A stretch of DNA of 64,000 bases from an uncultured Nitrososphaerota archaeon (GTDB lineage: Archaea > Thermoproteota > Nitrososphaeria > Nitrososphaerales > Gagatemarchaeaceae), in the NCBI GenBank assembly GCA_963703285.1, contig OY969807.1, positions 352,001 to 416,000 on the forward strand, given 5' to 3'. Made by a program: the position numbers and the translations under genes. The notes beneath the pieces were generated by a model. The model had not been told where the DNA came from. It did no database searches and worked only from the letters and a program-made list of their open reading frames with translations. Positions 18,539-27,429 of the stretch are shown here, one piece after another. Positions within the stretch are counted from its first letter, which is position 1. Each line of letters begins with the position of its first letter.

Positions 18539-18630
18539 GTGATGAAGAGTAGTAGGAGGGGGGCGGTATAAGCTCGCTGGAGTGAGCCGCCCAGGGGTGG
18601 GGCTGATATGCTCGGACTGACTCTCGACGC

Positions 18631-19569
18631 GTGAAGAAGAATCCCGCGCCGACACTCGAGCGAATCAAATCCTACGAGATGCTCCGGAGGCTGGTCGACG
18701 AAGGGGTCGATGACGGGCCGGCGGCGATTGTTATCAGGCTTCGAGAGGCAGGATTGCAGGTTCCTTCCAGGGGTACAGTCCAACGCTGGGTCCACAAGAG
18801 GAGTTCTCCCTCGACGAGCATGAGAACGTTCGAGCCAGTGCCTTCCAATGAATTGTCGTTCTTCGTTGCAGCATGGATTGGTGACGGCTGGGCGGACGAG
18901 GCCGACGGAGGGAAGAGGATGCGGCTGAAGGTGAGGTCAAGATCGTTTGCGGAGGAGTTCGCTCGCTGCGCAAGCGTAATCCTCTCAAAGTCGAAGCCTT
19001 ATTGCGTCTGGACGACGGAGGACGAAGGTGGCAAGTGGTACAACGTCAAAGTAACGAGCCTCAGATTGTACGAATTCGTCACCCGGCCTCTCACAAGTTT
19101 GAAGAGTTTCATATCTGAAAATCCAGAGGGATTTCTACGGGGCTTCTTCACGGCCGAAGGTTGTCCCTCAATCAACATCTCCAAGCTCCCTTCGGAATCC
19201 GGCAAGAAACTGCGCCTTGACATAGCTGCCGTTGTCTCGAATTGCGACATTGAACTTCTCGAGTACTCTAGGGACTTGCTTAGCAAACTCGGATACCATC
19301 CAGGGAAAGTTCGCCTGAATCATCCTAAAGGGAAGAAGACCAATCTGTCAGTAGCCTCGAAGGACAATTACCTGGTTACTATGGGAAGATTTGACGAGCT
19401 CTCTGCCTTCGCCGATGAAGTGGGCTTTGCGGATTCGGAGAAGAACGCGAAACTGCACGAGGCATTGGAACTTGTGGGCGAGGCGGGGTCATTTCGTGCC
19501 GCCGAGCGCTGGCTGGAACTTTACGTGAAGGTCGGCGGCAAGTGGACCCGAAAGGACTCACCTACGTAA
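18631..19569 (+). CDS. Free-standing two-motif LAGLIDADG homing endonuclease
   Basis: ELSFFVAAWIGDG and EGFLRGFFTAEG motifs, N-terminal HTH-like segment, lower GC; antisense within a minus-strand cluster. Confidence 0.85.
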   Translation: MKKNPAPTLERIKSYEMLRRLVDEGVDDGPAAIVIRLREAGLQVPSRGTVQRWVHKRSSPSTSMRTFEPVPSNELSFFVAAWIGDGWADEADGGKRMRLKVRSRSFAEEFARCASVILSKSKPYCVWTTEDEGGKWYNVKVTSLRLYEFVTRPLTSLKSFISENPEGFLRGFFTAEGCPSINISKLPSESGKKLRLDIAAVVSNCDIELLEYSRDLLSKLGYHPGKVRLNHPKGKKTNLSVASKDNYLVTMGRFDELSAFADEVGFADSEKNAKLHEALELVGEAGSFRAAERWLELYVKVGGKWTRKDSPT

Positions 19570-20721
19570 GGTTATGACTGTGCCACATTGGAGTAAGTCC
19601 CCCCAGGCCTGCGCGAGGCCCCTCTCCGCCTTCTTCTTGATCTGCCTCTTCCCCGCCTCGCCCTTCAGCTGCCAGTAGACCTCGCAGACCTTCATCATCC
19701 CGGCCGCGGCGATGGGATTCCCCACGCCCAGCAGCCCGCCGGACGGGTTGATCGGGAACTCGCCTCCTCTCTGGGTCACGCCCTCCTTGGTCAGCCTGGG
19801 CGCCTCCCCCTTCTTCGCCAGCAGCAGGCCCTCCATGTGGTGAAGCTCCTTGTAGTCGAAGGGGTCGTAGACCTCGGCGAAGTCCAGGCTCTTCATCGGG
19901 TCCTCTATCTTCGCCATCTTGTAGGCCATCCTCGCGGCGCTCTCGACGTACGACGGGTAGTACAGGTCCCTGTTGGTCCAGTACTGCGTGTCGACGTTCC
20001 AGCCCACGCCGTCGATCCAGACCGGGTCCTTGGTGTACCTGCGGGCCACCTCCTCCGAGGCTAGGATGACCGCTGCCGCGCCGTCCGAGGGGGGCGAGAC
20101 GTCGTACCGCTTCACGGGCGAGACTATCCTCTCGCTGTTCATCACGTCCTCGACCGTTATCTTCGCGGCGAGCTGCGCGCACGGGTGGTCGAGCGCGTTC
20201 ATCTTGTTCTTGACTGCGACCAGTGCGATCTCCTCCTCCGTCACGTGGTGGACGTGCATGTAGCGCCTCATCTCGAGCGCGAAGATCCAGAGGAGTGTCA
20301 CCCCCAGGGGCCTCTCCGTGGTGTGGTCGAAGATGGACCAGAAGGCGGACTGGGGGTGCGGGTGCAGCGGCGACATCTTCTCCTCGGCGACGGCCAGGCA
20401 GGTGTCGAAGAGCCCCGAAGCGACGTGCCACCATGCGCCGATGGGGGTGAAGACGCCCGTTCCTCCCCCGACATAGACCCTGCTCGTCGGCCTCCCAATC
20501 CCCCCAGCGCCCTCGAGCAGGTACTCGCCCTTCATGTGGACGCCGTCGAATGCGTCTGGCGCGCTCCCCATCACCACGGATTCGACGTCCTTCATAGTCA
20601 TCCCGGCCGAGTCGAGCGCCATCCTCGACGCCTCGAACGAGAGCTCCCTACCCGTCTCCAGCAGCCGCCGCCTGAAGAGGGTCATCCCAGCCCCGATGAC
20701 CGCGACCCTTCTCTTGATCAT
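19558..20721 (-). CDS. SCP-x-type thiolase-domain protein
   Basis: AEEKMS, SDGAAAVILA, EVYDPF, INPSGGLLGVGNP; ATG at 20721. Confidence 0.9.
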   Translation of the reverse strand: MIKRRVAVIGAGMTLFRRRLLETGRELSFEASRMALDSAGMTMKDVESVVMGSAPDAFDGVHMKGEYLLEGAGGIGRPTSRVYVGGGTGVFTPIGAWWHVASGLFDTCLAVAEEKMSPLHPHPQSAFWSIFDHTTERPLGVTLLWIFALEMRRYMHVHHVTEEEIALVAVKNKMNALDHPCAQLAAKITVEDVMNSERIVSPVKRYDVSPPSDGAAAVILASEEVARRYTKDPVWIDGVGWNVDTQYWTNRDLYYPSYVESAARMAYKMAKIEDPMKSLDFAEVYDPFDYKELHHMEGLLLAKKGEAPRLTKEGVTQRGGEFPINPSGGLLGVGNPIAAAGMMKVCEVYWQLKGEAGKRQIKKKAERGLAQAWGDLLQCGTVITLRR

Positions 20722-21857
20722 ACCCTCGCCCCCGACAGTATCGCGACGCCCCCGGTGGCGGTCGGGACCCCCCGCCAGGACTGGACGAGGGCCCTCCGCG
20801 CCCCATCCACCTGCATCGGGCCGGCCTCCCCGCGCAGCTGGAGCACGCACTCCAGCAGCCGGTGCAGCGCCGACGCCTCTAGGAGGTTGCCCACCCCCAG
20901 GGAGCCACCGCACGGGTTGATGACGGGCCCGTCCCCCGAGAGGATCCTCTCCATCTCTGCGCGGCTCTTGGCGAGGGAGAGCAGGTGCTGGAGTAGCTTG
21001 AACGAGTAGGCGTCGTCGAGCTCGAGGACGTCGAAGGCTCCCAGGTCGCGCTTGAGCCCCGCTCGAGCGAGCGCCCTGCCGTAGGACTCGCTGGCGTAGC
21101 CGGCCACCGACGGGTCGCCCCCGTCGTACCACGGGAGGGACGAGCTCCAGGCGACCCCGTCTACGAAGACTGCATGCCTCCTGTTCTTCCTTATCCAGCG
21201 CTCCGAGGCGAGGACGAGCACGACCCCGGCGTCGGCGAACGGGGCCCTGTCGACCCTCCGAAGAGGAGGCGAGAGGTACCCCGACCCATCCAGGTCGGAC
21301 TTGCTCAGCCTGGCCCCGTAGCTCGCCCGCGGGTTGTCCAAGGCGCGGCCCTTCACGCCGATCAGCAGCCCGTCAAGAACGTCCCTCCGGCTGCCCGAGG
21401 ACCTCATGAAAGCCCCCATCTCCAGGGCGGCTAGCGAGTCCGTGCTGATGCCGAGAGGCCGGATGAGCGTCGGTTCCTGGGCGAGCCTCTCCACGGCCTC
21501 CTTGTCGATGACGTCCGCCGCCTTGCTGTGAGCTTCGAGCGCGACGACCTCGGCCACGCCCGAGAGTATCTGCATGACCGCGTTCCCGAGCCCGGTTATC
21601 GAGTCACCCGCGATGGTGCACAGGGGTCTGCCTGCCCCCCCTATCTGGTCGGGGACCATCTCGTCGGCGATGGACCAGCCCTCCCAGAGGTCCTCGGTGC
21701 AGCAGACGAATGAGTCGACGTCTCTCCTCGGCTCGACCGAGGCGTCGTCGTATGCCCTCGCGGCGGCCTCGTACATCATCTCCCTCGTGGAGAGGTCGGC
21801 TACGACGGGTCTGAAACCCTCCGACCCCACGCCCACGATACCGACTCGGTTCGGCAT
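20718..21857 (-). CDS. Thiolase-domain protein (paired paralogue)
   Basis: RVGIVGVG, ELDDAYS, INPCGGSLGVG, QLRGEAG; ATG at 21857. Confidence 0.85.
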   Translation of the reverse strand: MPNRVGIVGVGSEGFRPVVADLSTREMMYEAAARAYDDASVEPRRDVDSFVCCTEDLWEGWSIADEMVPDQIGGAGRPLCTIAGDSITGLGNAVMQILSGVAEVVALEAHSKAADVIDKEAVERLAQEPTLIRPLGISTDSLAALEMGAFMRSSGSRRDVLDGLLIGVKGRALDNPRASYGARLSKSDLDGSGYLSPPLRRVDRAPFADAGVVLVLASERWIRKNRRHAVFVDGVAWSSSLPWYDGGDPSVAGYASESYGRALARAGLKRDLGAFDVLELDDAYSFKLLQHLLSLAKSRAEMERILSGDGPVINPCGGSLGVGNLLEASALHRLLECVLQLRGEAGPMQVDGARRALVQSWRGVPTATGGVAILSGARV

Positions 21858-21949
21858 GTCCGTGGAGCGGCGTTTTCCCGTCTCGGGCCATAAGGCTTCC
21901 GAAAGGGTTCGTCGATGGCTTAAATTCCGGGGCGAACGGTAGGCCAACC

Positions 21950-22939
21950 ATGACCGGAAGGCTCGCACTCGGTTTCAATCCGGTACTGCCCGTGAAGGAC
22001 GCGGTCGCGGTGGGGAAGAAGGCGGAATCTCTGAGCTACGAATCGGTCTGGTTCCACGAGAGCCTGTTCCAGAGGGACGTCTTCTCCTACCTCTCGGCCG
22101 TCCTCCTATCCACGTCCCGCATCCGTGTGGGTTCGGGGGCGATCAACACGTTCACGAGGCACCCGCTGACCACCGCCGCCACCTTTGCGTCGCTCAGCGA
22201 GCTCTCGGGGGGGCGCGCGGTGATGGGTGTCGGGTTGGGGAGCTTCCCGACGATACCGAACATCGGTTACAAGATATTCCCGGTGGCCGAGACGAGGCCC
22301 CTCCAGAGGATTCGGGAGTACGTTGCCATCTGCAGGTCCTTCTGGGCCGGCGAGAAGCTGGACTATCATGGCACCTTCTTCACGGCCGAGAAGCTCCAGT
22401 CGGACATCAAGCTCGCGTTCAAGGTCCCGGTGTACATAGCCTCGCTCTCGGAGAGGACGCAGAGGTACGCGGGGGCCGAGGCCGACGGTGCGATACTCTC
22501 GCCCTCCATCGCGACGACGGAGACCACGGCCACGATGGTGGCGCACGTCAGGGAGGGGGAGAAGACCTCCGGACGGACGGTCGACAAGGCCTCGTATCTT
22601 CTCACCTCGGTGGACGAGGACAGGGAGAGGGCCCGGGCCGCCGTCAGGGGGTTCTACTTCTTCAAGTATCAGCTGGGCGAGGTGATAAAGCCCGAGTCGT
22701 TGAGCAGGTACGGGGTTTCACTCGACGAGGTCGAGAGGTTCAGGGCTGCCTGGAGGTCCCGGGACCCCGGGGCGGAGAGCCTCGTGCCCGAGGGGGCCAT
22801 CGACGCGATGAGCGTCTGCGGAACCCCCCAGGACGCGCGGTCGAAGATTGAGGGCTTTCGGAGGGCCGGCGTGGACCTGCCAATCCTGATGCCCATTGGA
22901 AACGTTAATTATGCGATAGAATCACTCGCACCAAGCTAA
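21950..22939 (+). CDS. LLM-class flavin/F420-dependent oxidoreductase
   Basis: TSRIRVGSGAIN..TRHP...A.TFASLSELSGGR..MGVGLG. Confidence 0.88.
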   Translation: MTGRLALGFNPVLPVKDAVAVGKKAESLSYESVWFHESLFQRDVFSYLSAVLLSTSRIRVGSGAINTFTRHPLTTAATFASLSELSGGRAVMGVGLGSFPTIPNIGYKIFPVAETRPLQRIREYVAICRSFWAGEKLDYHGTFFTAEKLQSDIKLAFKVPVYIASLSERTQRYAGAEADGAILSPSIATTETTATMVAHVREGEKTSGRTVDKASYLLTSVDEDRERARAAVRGFYFFKYQLGEVIKPESLSRYGVSLDEVERFRAAWRSRDPGAESLVPEGAIDAMSVCGTPQDARSKIEGFRRAGVDLPILMPIGNVNYAIESLAPS

Positions 22940-22941
22940 GC

Positions 22942-23865
22942 ATGCCAAGCCGGCCGCTGGGTGAACGACTTGGACTGTTCGTCCGGTTCGCACGGGTCCA
23001 GTTTCTCCCCGTCGTCCTAGCCCCGATGCTCGTGGGTACGTCCGCCGCCTGGTACGCGTCGCACTCCCTCAACCCGCTCCTCATCGCGCTCCTTTTCGTC
23101 GGGAGCGCGTCCCTGCTGATCGCTGCCAACTCGATCGACGACGTCTACGACTACATCAACGGGGTCGACCAGATTTCGGAGAGGATGTTTCCAAAGGAGT
23201 TTCCAGGGTGGAAACCGATCCCCCGGGGCATGATGTCCGTGGGGGAGGGGTTCGCGATATCGATGGGGTTCTACCTCGTCAGTCTCGCCGTCGGGGTCTA
23301 CCTCGCGGTGACGGTCGGCTGGCTGGCGCTCGCCATCGCGGTGCCAGGCATCATCCTCAGCTACTTCTACGCCGCCCCCCCGCTCAAGCTCGATTACAGG
23401 GGGTTCGGCCTCGGCGAGATCGCGATATTCCTCAGCTTCGGCCCGATCCCCGCCCTGGGCGCCTTCTACGTCCTCACGGGGGGCGTCGGCAGCCTCCCCG
23501 TCCTTGCGGCCATACCCGCGGGGATGCTCACCGCGAACGTCGTGTTGACCCACGACATGATCTACTACGATTCCTACAAGGAAGGAGGCAAGCGCTCCCT
23601 GACCGTGGTCCTGGGGAGGGTCCGCACGGAGCGGCTGACCTTCGGGCTCTCGCTGCTCGCGTACGCATTCGTCTTCGCGCTCATGGCGGCTAGGATCGTC
23701 CCCCTCTCCGCCGCGCTGGTGCTTCTGTCCGTGCCCCTCCTTCTCTGGCGGGGGCTGCCCTCCGGGAGGGAGAGACCACCCTCGGAGTACGGGAGGATGA
23801 CGGCGCGCGTCTTCGTCCACTCCATCGCCTTTTCCGCGCTGCTCGCAGTGGGGTTGTTCCTTTAG
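22942..23865 (+). CDS. UbiA/MenA-family prenyltransferase
   Basis: ANSIDDVYDY..GVD, YAAPPLKL.YRG.GE, D.EGGKRSL.V.LG. Confidence 0.88.
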   Translation: MPSRPLGERLGLFVRFARVQFLPVVLAPMLVGTSAAWYASHSLNPLLIALLFVGSASLLIAANSIDDVYDYINGVDQISERMFPKEFPGWKPIPRGMMSVGEGFAISMGFYLVSLAVGVYLAVTVGWLALAIAVPGIILSYFYAAPPLKLDYRGFGLGEIAIFLSFGPIPALGAFYVLTGGVGSLPVLAAIPAGMLTANVVLTHDMIYYDSYKEGGKRSLTVVLGRVRTERLTFGLSLLAYAFVFALMAARIVPLSAALVLLSVPLLLWRGLPSGRERPPSEYGRMTARVFVHSIAFSALLAVGLFL

Positions 23866-23884
23866 CGCCGCCGGAGGCCGAGCG

Positions 23885-24517
23885 ATGAAGAGCGCCCGCG
23901 GGGCCTCCTGGCGCCTGGTCTTCCTCGGGTTCCTCGTCGTCGCCGCCTCGATGGCCGTCCTGTTCACCGCCCCTTCGCGCTACTTCATCGCCGCCACCTT
24001 CGCTTCGATGACGGTCATGATGGCCGCGACCCTCGCCCTGACCGGCTACCGCTGGCTCTTCAGGCCCAGAGCCAAGACCATCGCCTTCGGCCTCGCGAGC
24101 GCCGCCCTGCTCTACCTCGTGTTCTACATCGGCAACCTGGGGGTGACGTCGCTGCATCCCTTCGGCATGAGCGCCGCGAGCGAGACTTCGATCTACTCGC
24201 TCATCGCCTCGCCCTCCAACCCCATCCCGCTCCAGGTCGGCGTTCTCGTCTTCGACGCCGCCGGGTACGAGTCGTTCTTCAGGGGCGTGCTTCAGACCCG
24301 ACTGGAGCCGCGGCTGGGCGCCGGTTCCCCCTTCGCCGTCGCGCTCATCGACGCCCTCCTCCACGTGGTCACCCTGAACCCGCTCTGGGTCGTCACCACC
24401 TTCGTCGCGGACTCGGTCTGGGGTCTCACGTACCACTACACGAAAGACCTGGCCTCGAGCATGACCAGCCACCTGGCCTGGGACCTCGTGATCTTCATCC
24501 TCCTGCCGATTCGGTGA
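23885..24517 (+). CDS. CPBP (CAAX protease-like) intramembrane protein
   Basis: YESFFRG (EExxFRG variant), ALLH, SH..WD. Confidence 0.75.
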   Translation: MKSARGASWRLVFLGFLVVAASMAVLFTAPSRYFIAATFASMTVMMAATLALTGYRWLFRPRAKTIAFGLASAALLYLVFYIGNLGVTSLHPFGMSAASETSIYSLIASPSNPIPLQVGVLVFDAAGYESFFRGVLQTRLEPRLGAGSPFAVALIDALLHVVTLNPLWVVTTFVADSVWGLTYHYTKDLASSMTSHLAWDLVIFILLPIR

Positions 24518-24587
24518 CCTCTTTGGCAACTGTCGAAATGCACTGAATCCTTTAATCCGCCACGAAGTGCACGGGGGTGGTTCTTGG

Positions 24588-25754
24588 ATGGGCCTCTTTC
24601 GACCCGAACACGGGGACGCGCTCAAGGCGTTCTACGGACCTGAGGCCGAAGGCTACGGCACGGTCCTCGGTTCGCTCGCCACGTACCTCGAGTCGGAGGT
24701 GGCCCCCCGGTCCCTCGAAGTCGACGCCGGCACCGCCCGCATCTCCGACCTCAGAAAGAAGCTCTTCGACCACGGTCTCTCCCTCATGCCGTTCGAGGAG
24801 CCCGTCGGCATGTCGCTCCCTTTCGGTGTCTACACGCTCGCGATGGAGCTGGTGGGCGCCGCCGATGCGCCCACAGCCATGAGCATGGGCATACACAACA
24901 CGGTCGCGGAGAGCGTCCTCCGCTACGGCACCGCGTCCCAGAAGCAGGCCCTCCTCGCCGACCTGATATCCGGGAGGAGGCTCGCTGCCTTCTCCCTCAC
25001 CGAGCCCTCCTCCGGGTCGGACGCCAGGTCGATGTCGACCCGCGCAGTCCGCACAGGGTCGGGGTTCACGATCAACGGGTCCAAGACCTTCATAACAAAC
25101 GCCGGCGAGGCGGATCTCTACCTCGTCTTCGCGCGGACCGGGGACGGGCACTCGGCCTTCTTGGTCGACGCCTCGACGCAAGGCCTCTCGGCGGGCGACG
25201 ACATCGCCAAGCTCGGGATGAGGGGCTCTAGGACGGCGGAGCTGAGGTTCGAAGACTGTCCGGTCCCTGCTGACCGCCTCCTGGGCGAGGAGGGGAGGGG
25301 CTTCGACTACGCCAAGGCCCTGCTCAACGGGAGCAGGATAGTAATGGGAGCGATCTGCGTGGGGATCGCCCTAACCGCCTACGGGAAGGCCCTCGAATAC
25401 GGCACCCAGCGGGAGTTGTTCAAGACGAAGCTCGCCGACCTGCAGATGACGCGCGAGAAGATCGCAAACATGAGGACGGAGATCAGCTCGGCGCGCCTCC
25501 TCTGCCTCTACGCATCGCGCCTGAAGGAGCTGGGGCTCGGCTACGCATCGGAGGCTGCGCAGGCCAAGGTGCTGGCCACCGAGATGGCGGCCCGCGTCTG
25601 CGACCAGGCGATACAGATGTTCGCGGGATACGGCTACACCAATCCGGACGTGCACAGGCACTGGAGGGACGCCCGCCTCCTCACCATCGGGGAGGGTACC
25701 TCGGAGGTCCTCAGGATGCTGATCGCCGCCAAGGAGGTCGCTGGCGCGAGATGA
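24588..25754 (+). CDS. Acyl-CoA dehydrogenase
   Basis: FSLTEPSSGSD, INGSKTFITN, KLGMRGS.T.EL, QMFAGYGY, IGEGTSE. Confidence 0.95.
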   Translation: MGLFRPEHGDALKAFYGPEAEGYGTVLGSLATYLESEVAPRSLEVDAGTARISDLRKKLFDHGLSLMPFEEPVGMSLPFGVYTLAMELVGAADAPTAMSMGIHNTVAESVLRYGTASQKQALLADLISGRRLAAFSLTEPSSGSDARSMSTRAVRTGSGFTINGSKTFITNAGEADLYLVFARTGDGHSAFLVDASTQGLSAGDDIAKLGMRGSRTAELRFEDCPVPADRLLGEEGRGFDYAKALLNGSRIVMGAICVGIALTAYGKALEYGTQRELFKTKLADLQMTREKIANMRTEISSARLLCLYASRLKELGLGYASEAAQAKVLATEMAARVCDQAIQMFAGYGYTNPDVHRHWRDARLLTIGEGTSEVLRMLIAAKEVAGAR

Positions 25755-26512
25755 ACGTCGTCGTCTGCGTCAAGCACGCCATCGACGAGTCGGAGTTGAG
25801 GGCAGACTCGAGCGGCTCCCCCCAGCTTCAGGGTGCACAGGCCAGGATGAGTACCTTCGACAGGAACGCCGTCGAGGAGGCCGTAAGAATCAAGGAGGCG
25901 CGAGGAGGGGCCGTGACCGTGGTGAGCCTCGGCAGCGGGGACTGGAAGAAGTCCATCAAAGAGGCGCTGGCCATGGGGGCGGACAGGGCCGTTGCCGTGA
26001 ACTCTTCCGGGCAGCTCGACGCCCTCGCCACGTCCTACTTCCTCTCCCGCGCCATAACGCGCTCTGGGCCGTTCGACGTCGTCATCCTCTCGGAGGGCTC
26101 CTCCGACACCTACACCGGCCTCGTGGGCCCGATGACCGCCGAATGGTTGCGCCTGCCCTTCATGGGCTACGTCCGCAAGCTCGAGGTCCGCGAGGGCACT
26201 CTGCGGTGCGAGCTCTCCCTCGAGGAGCACGACGAGATCGCCGAGTCCGACCTTCCAGCCGTCGTCACCGTCGTGAGCGAGATCAATTCGCCGAGGTATC
26301 CTACGCTGCTGCAGATAATGCAGGCGTCGAAGAAGCCGATGGAAGAAGTCTCCCTCGATTCGCTGAAGGAGAACGATTCGCCCGCGTCGAGGGTGCAGGT
26401 CGGCGAGGTCAAGGTTCAGGCCGTGAGCAGGAAGAGGGTCTTCCTCGAGGGGACACCGGAGGAGAGCTCCAGGAGCCTCGTCGAGGCGCTGAGGAAGGAG
26501 GGAGTGATTTAA
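25751..26512 (+). CDS. etfB: Electron transfer flavoprotein beta subunit
   Basis: VVCVKH, FDRNAVEEA, ALAMGADRA, INSPRY. Confidence 0.93.
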   Translation: MNVVVCVKHAIDESELRADSSGSPQLQGAQARMSTFDRNAVEEAVRIKEARGGAVTVVSLGSGDWKKSIKEALAMGADRAVAVNSSGQLDALATSYFLSRAITRSGPFDVVILSEGSSDTYTGLVGPMTAEWLRLPFMGYVRKLEVREGTLRCELSLEEHDEIAESDLPAVVTVVSEINSPRYPTLLQIMQASKKPMEEVSLDSLKENDSPASRVQVGEVKVQAVSRKRVFLEGTPEESSRSLVEALRKEGVI

Positions 26513-27429
26513 CCGACATACTGTCATTCTCGGAGGACGAGGGCCTCGCGCGCGAGCTGTCGAACGGGTGCGCCGCGCTGGGGGCCGCTTCCGGGAAGAG
26601 GTCCTCTTCGGTGGTCCTGGATGCCATCGGAGGAGCTTCGCCGGCGGGCTCGGTCCTTCTGGCTAGGTCCGAGGGGCCGCTCGCCGGCGACTACGAGCGG
26701 ATATCGGAAGCCCTCTCCGCCATCGGGAGGGCGAAGGGCGCGACCATCTTCGTGATAGGCGCGACCCGGCTTGGGCGACAGGTGGCGGCGAAGCTCGCCG
26801 TCTCCCTCGGCGCCGGAGTCCTCAGCGACGTCAGGGGGCTCGCCGTCTCCGATGGCAGGATGAAGGGTACCCGGGGCGTCTACGCCGGGAGGTTCCTCGC
26901 GACGGTCGAGTCGGGCCTGCCCTGCATCGCCCTCGTCCCTCCGGGCTGCTATCCGGGAGACGCCAATGGCGCCCGCACCGTCGAGGAGGTCGACCTCGGG
27001 GCGCTGCCTTCGAAGGTCCGATACCTGGAGTCGCGTCCAAAGACGAGGGGGACTGTCGACCTCAGGAGCGCCAAGATAATCGTCTCCGCAGGGAGGGGGT
27101 TCAAGAAGAAGGAGGACCTCTCGCTGGCTGAGGAGCTGGCGCGCGCCCTGGGAGGGGAGCTCGGCGCGTCGCGCCCTCTCTCCTCTGACCTCGGATGGCT
27201 AGGGGAGGAGCGCCACGTGGGGCTGACCGGGATTTACGTGAGGCCCGACCTCTACGTAGCCGTGGGCATCTCGGGGCAGCTGCAGCACGTGGCGGGGATC
27301 AAGGACTCCAAGGTCATAGTCGCCATAAACAGGGACAGACAGGCGCCGATATTCCAGGTCGCAGACTATGGGATCGTCGGAGACCTCTACCAGGTGGTCC
27401 CAGCGCTCGTCAGGGCGCTGGGCGCCTAG
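26509..27429 (+). CDS. etfA: Electron transfer flavoprotein alpha subunit (start non-canonical/uncertain)
   Basis: [41 protein letters not shown]. Confidence 0.92.
   Translation, partial: LTDILSFSEDEGLARELSNGCAALGAASGKRSSSVVLDAIGGASPAGSVLLARSEGPLAGDYERISEALSAIGRAKGATIFVIGATRLGRQVAAKLAVSLGAGVLSDVRGLAVSDGRMKGTRGVYAGRFLATVESGLPCIALVPPGCYPGDANGARTVEEVDLGALPSKVRYLESRPKTRGTVDLRSAKIIVSAGRGFKKKEDLSLAEELARALGGELGASRPLSSDLGWLGEERHVGLTGIYVRPDLYVAVGISGQLQHVAGIKDSKVIVAINRDRQAPIFQVADYGIVGDLYQVVPALVRALGA

Noticed and set aside
18539-18630. Search for an orphan original thiolase tail on the far side of the LAGLIDADG gene
   Set aside because: No frame encodes anything like LLQCGTVITLRR; the region contains the ligase TATA box. 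The 'CGC AGG TAG' near 16562-16570 is too short and lies in a promoter.
18631-19569. LAGLIDADG ORF as an intein or intron ORF
   Set aside because: It is on the opposite strand to its neighbours, has no splicing-domain termini, and the flanking genes are complete.
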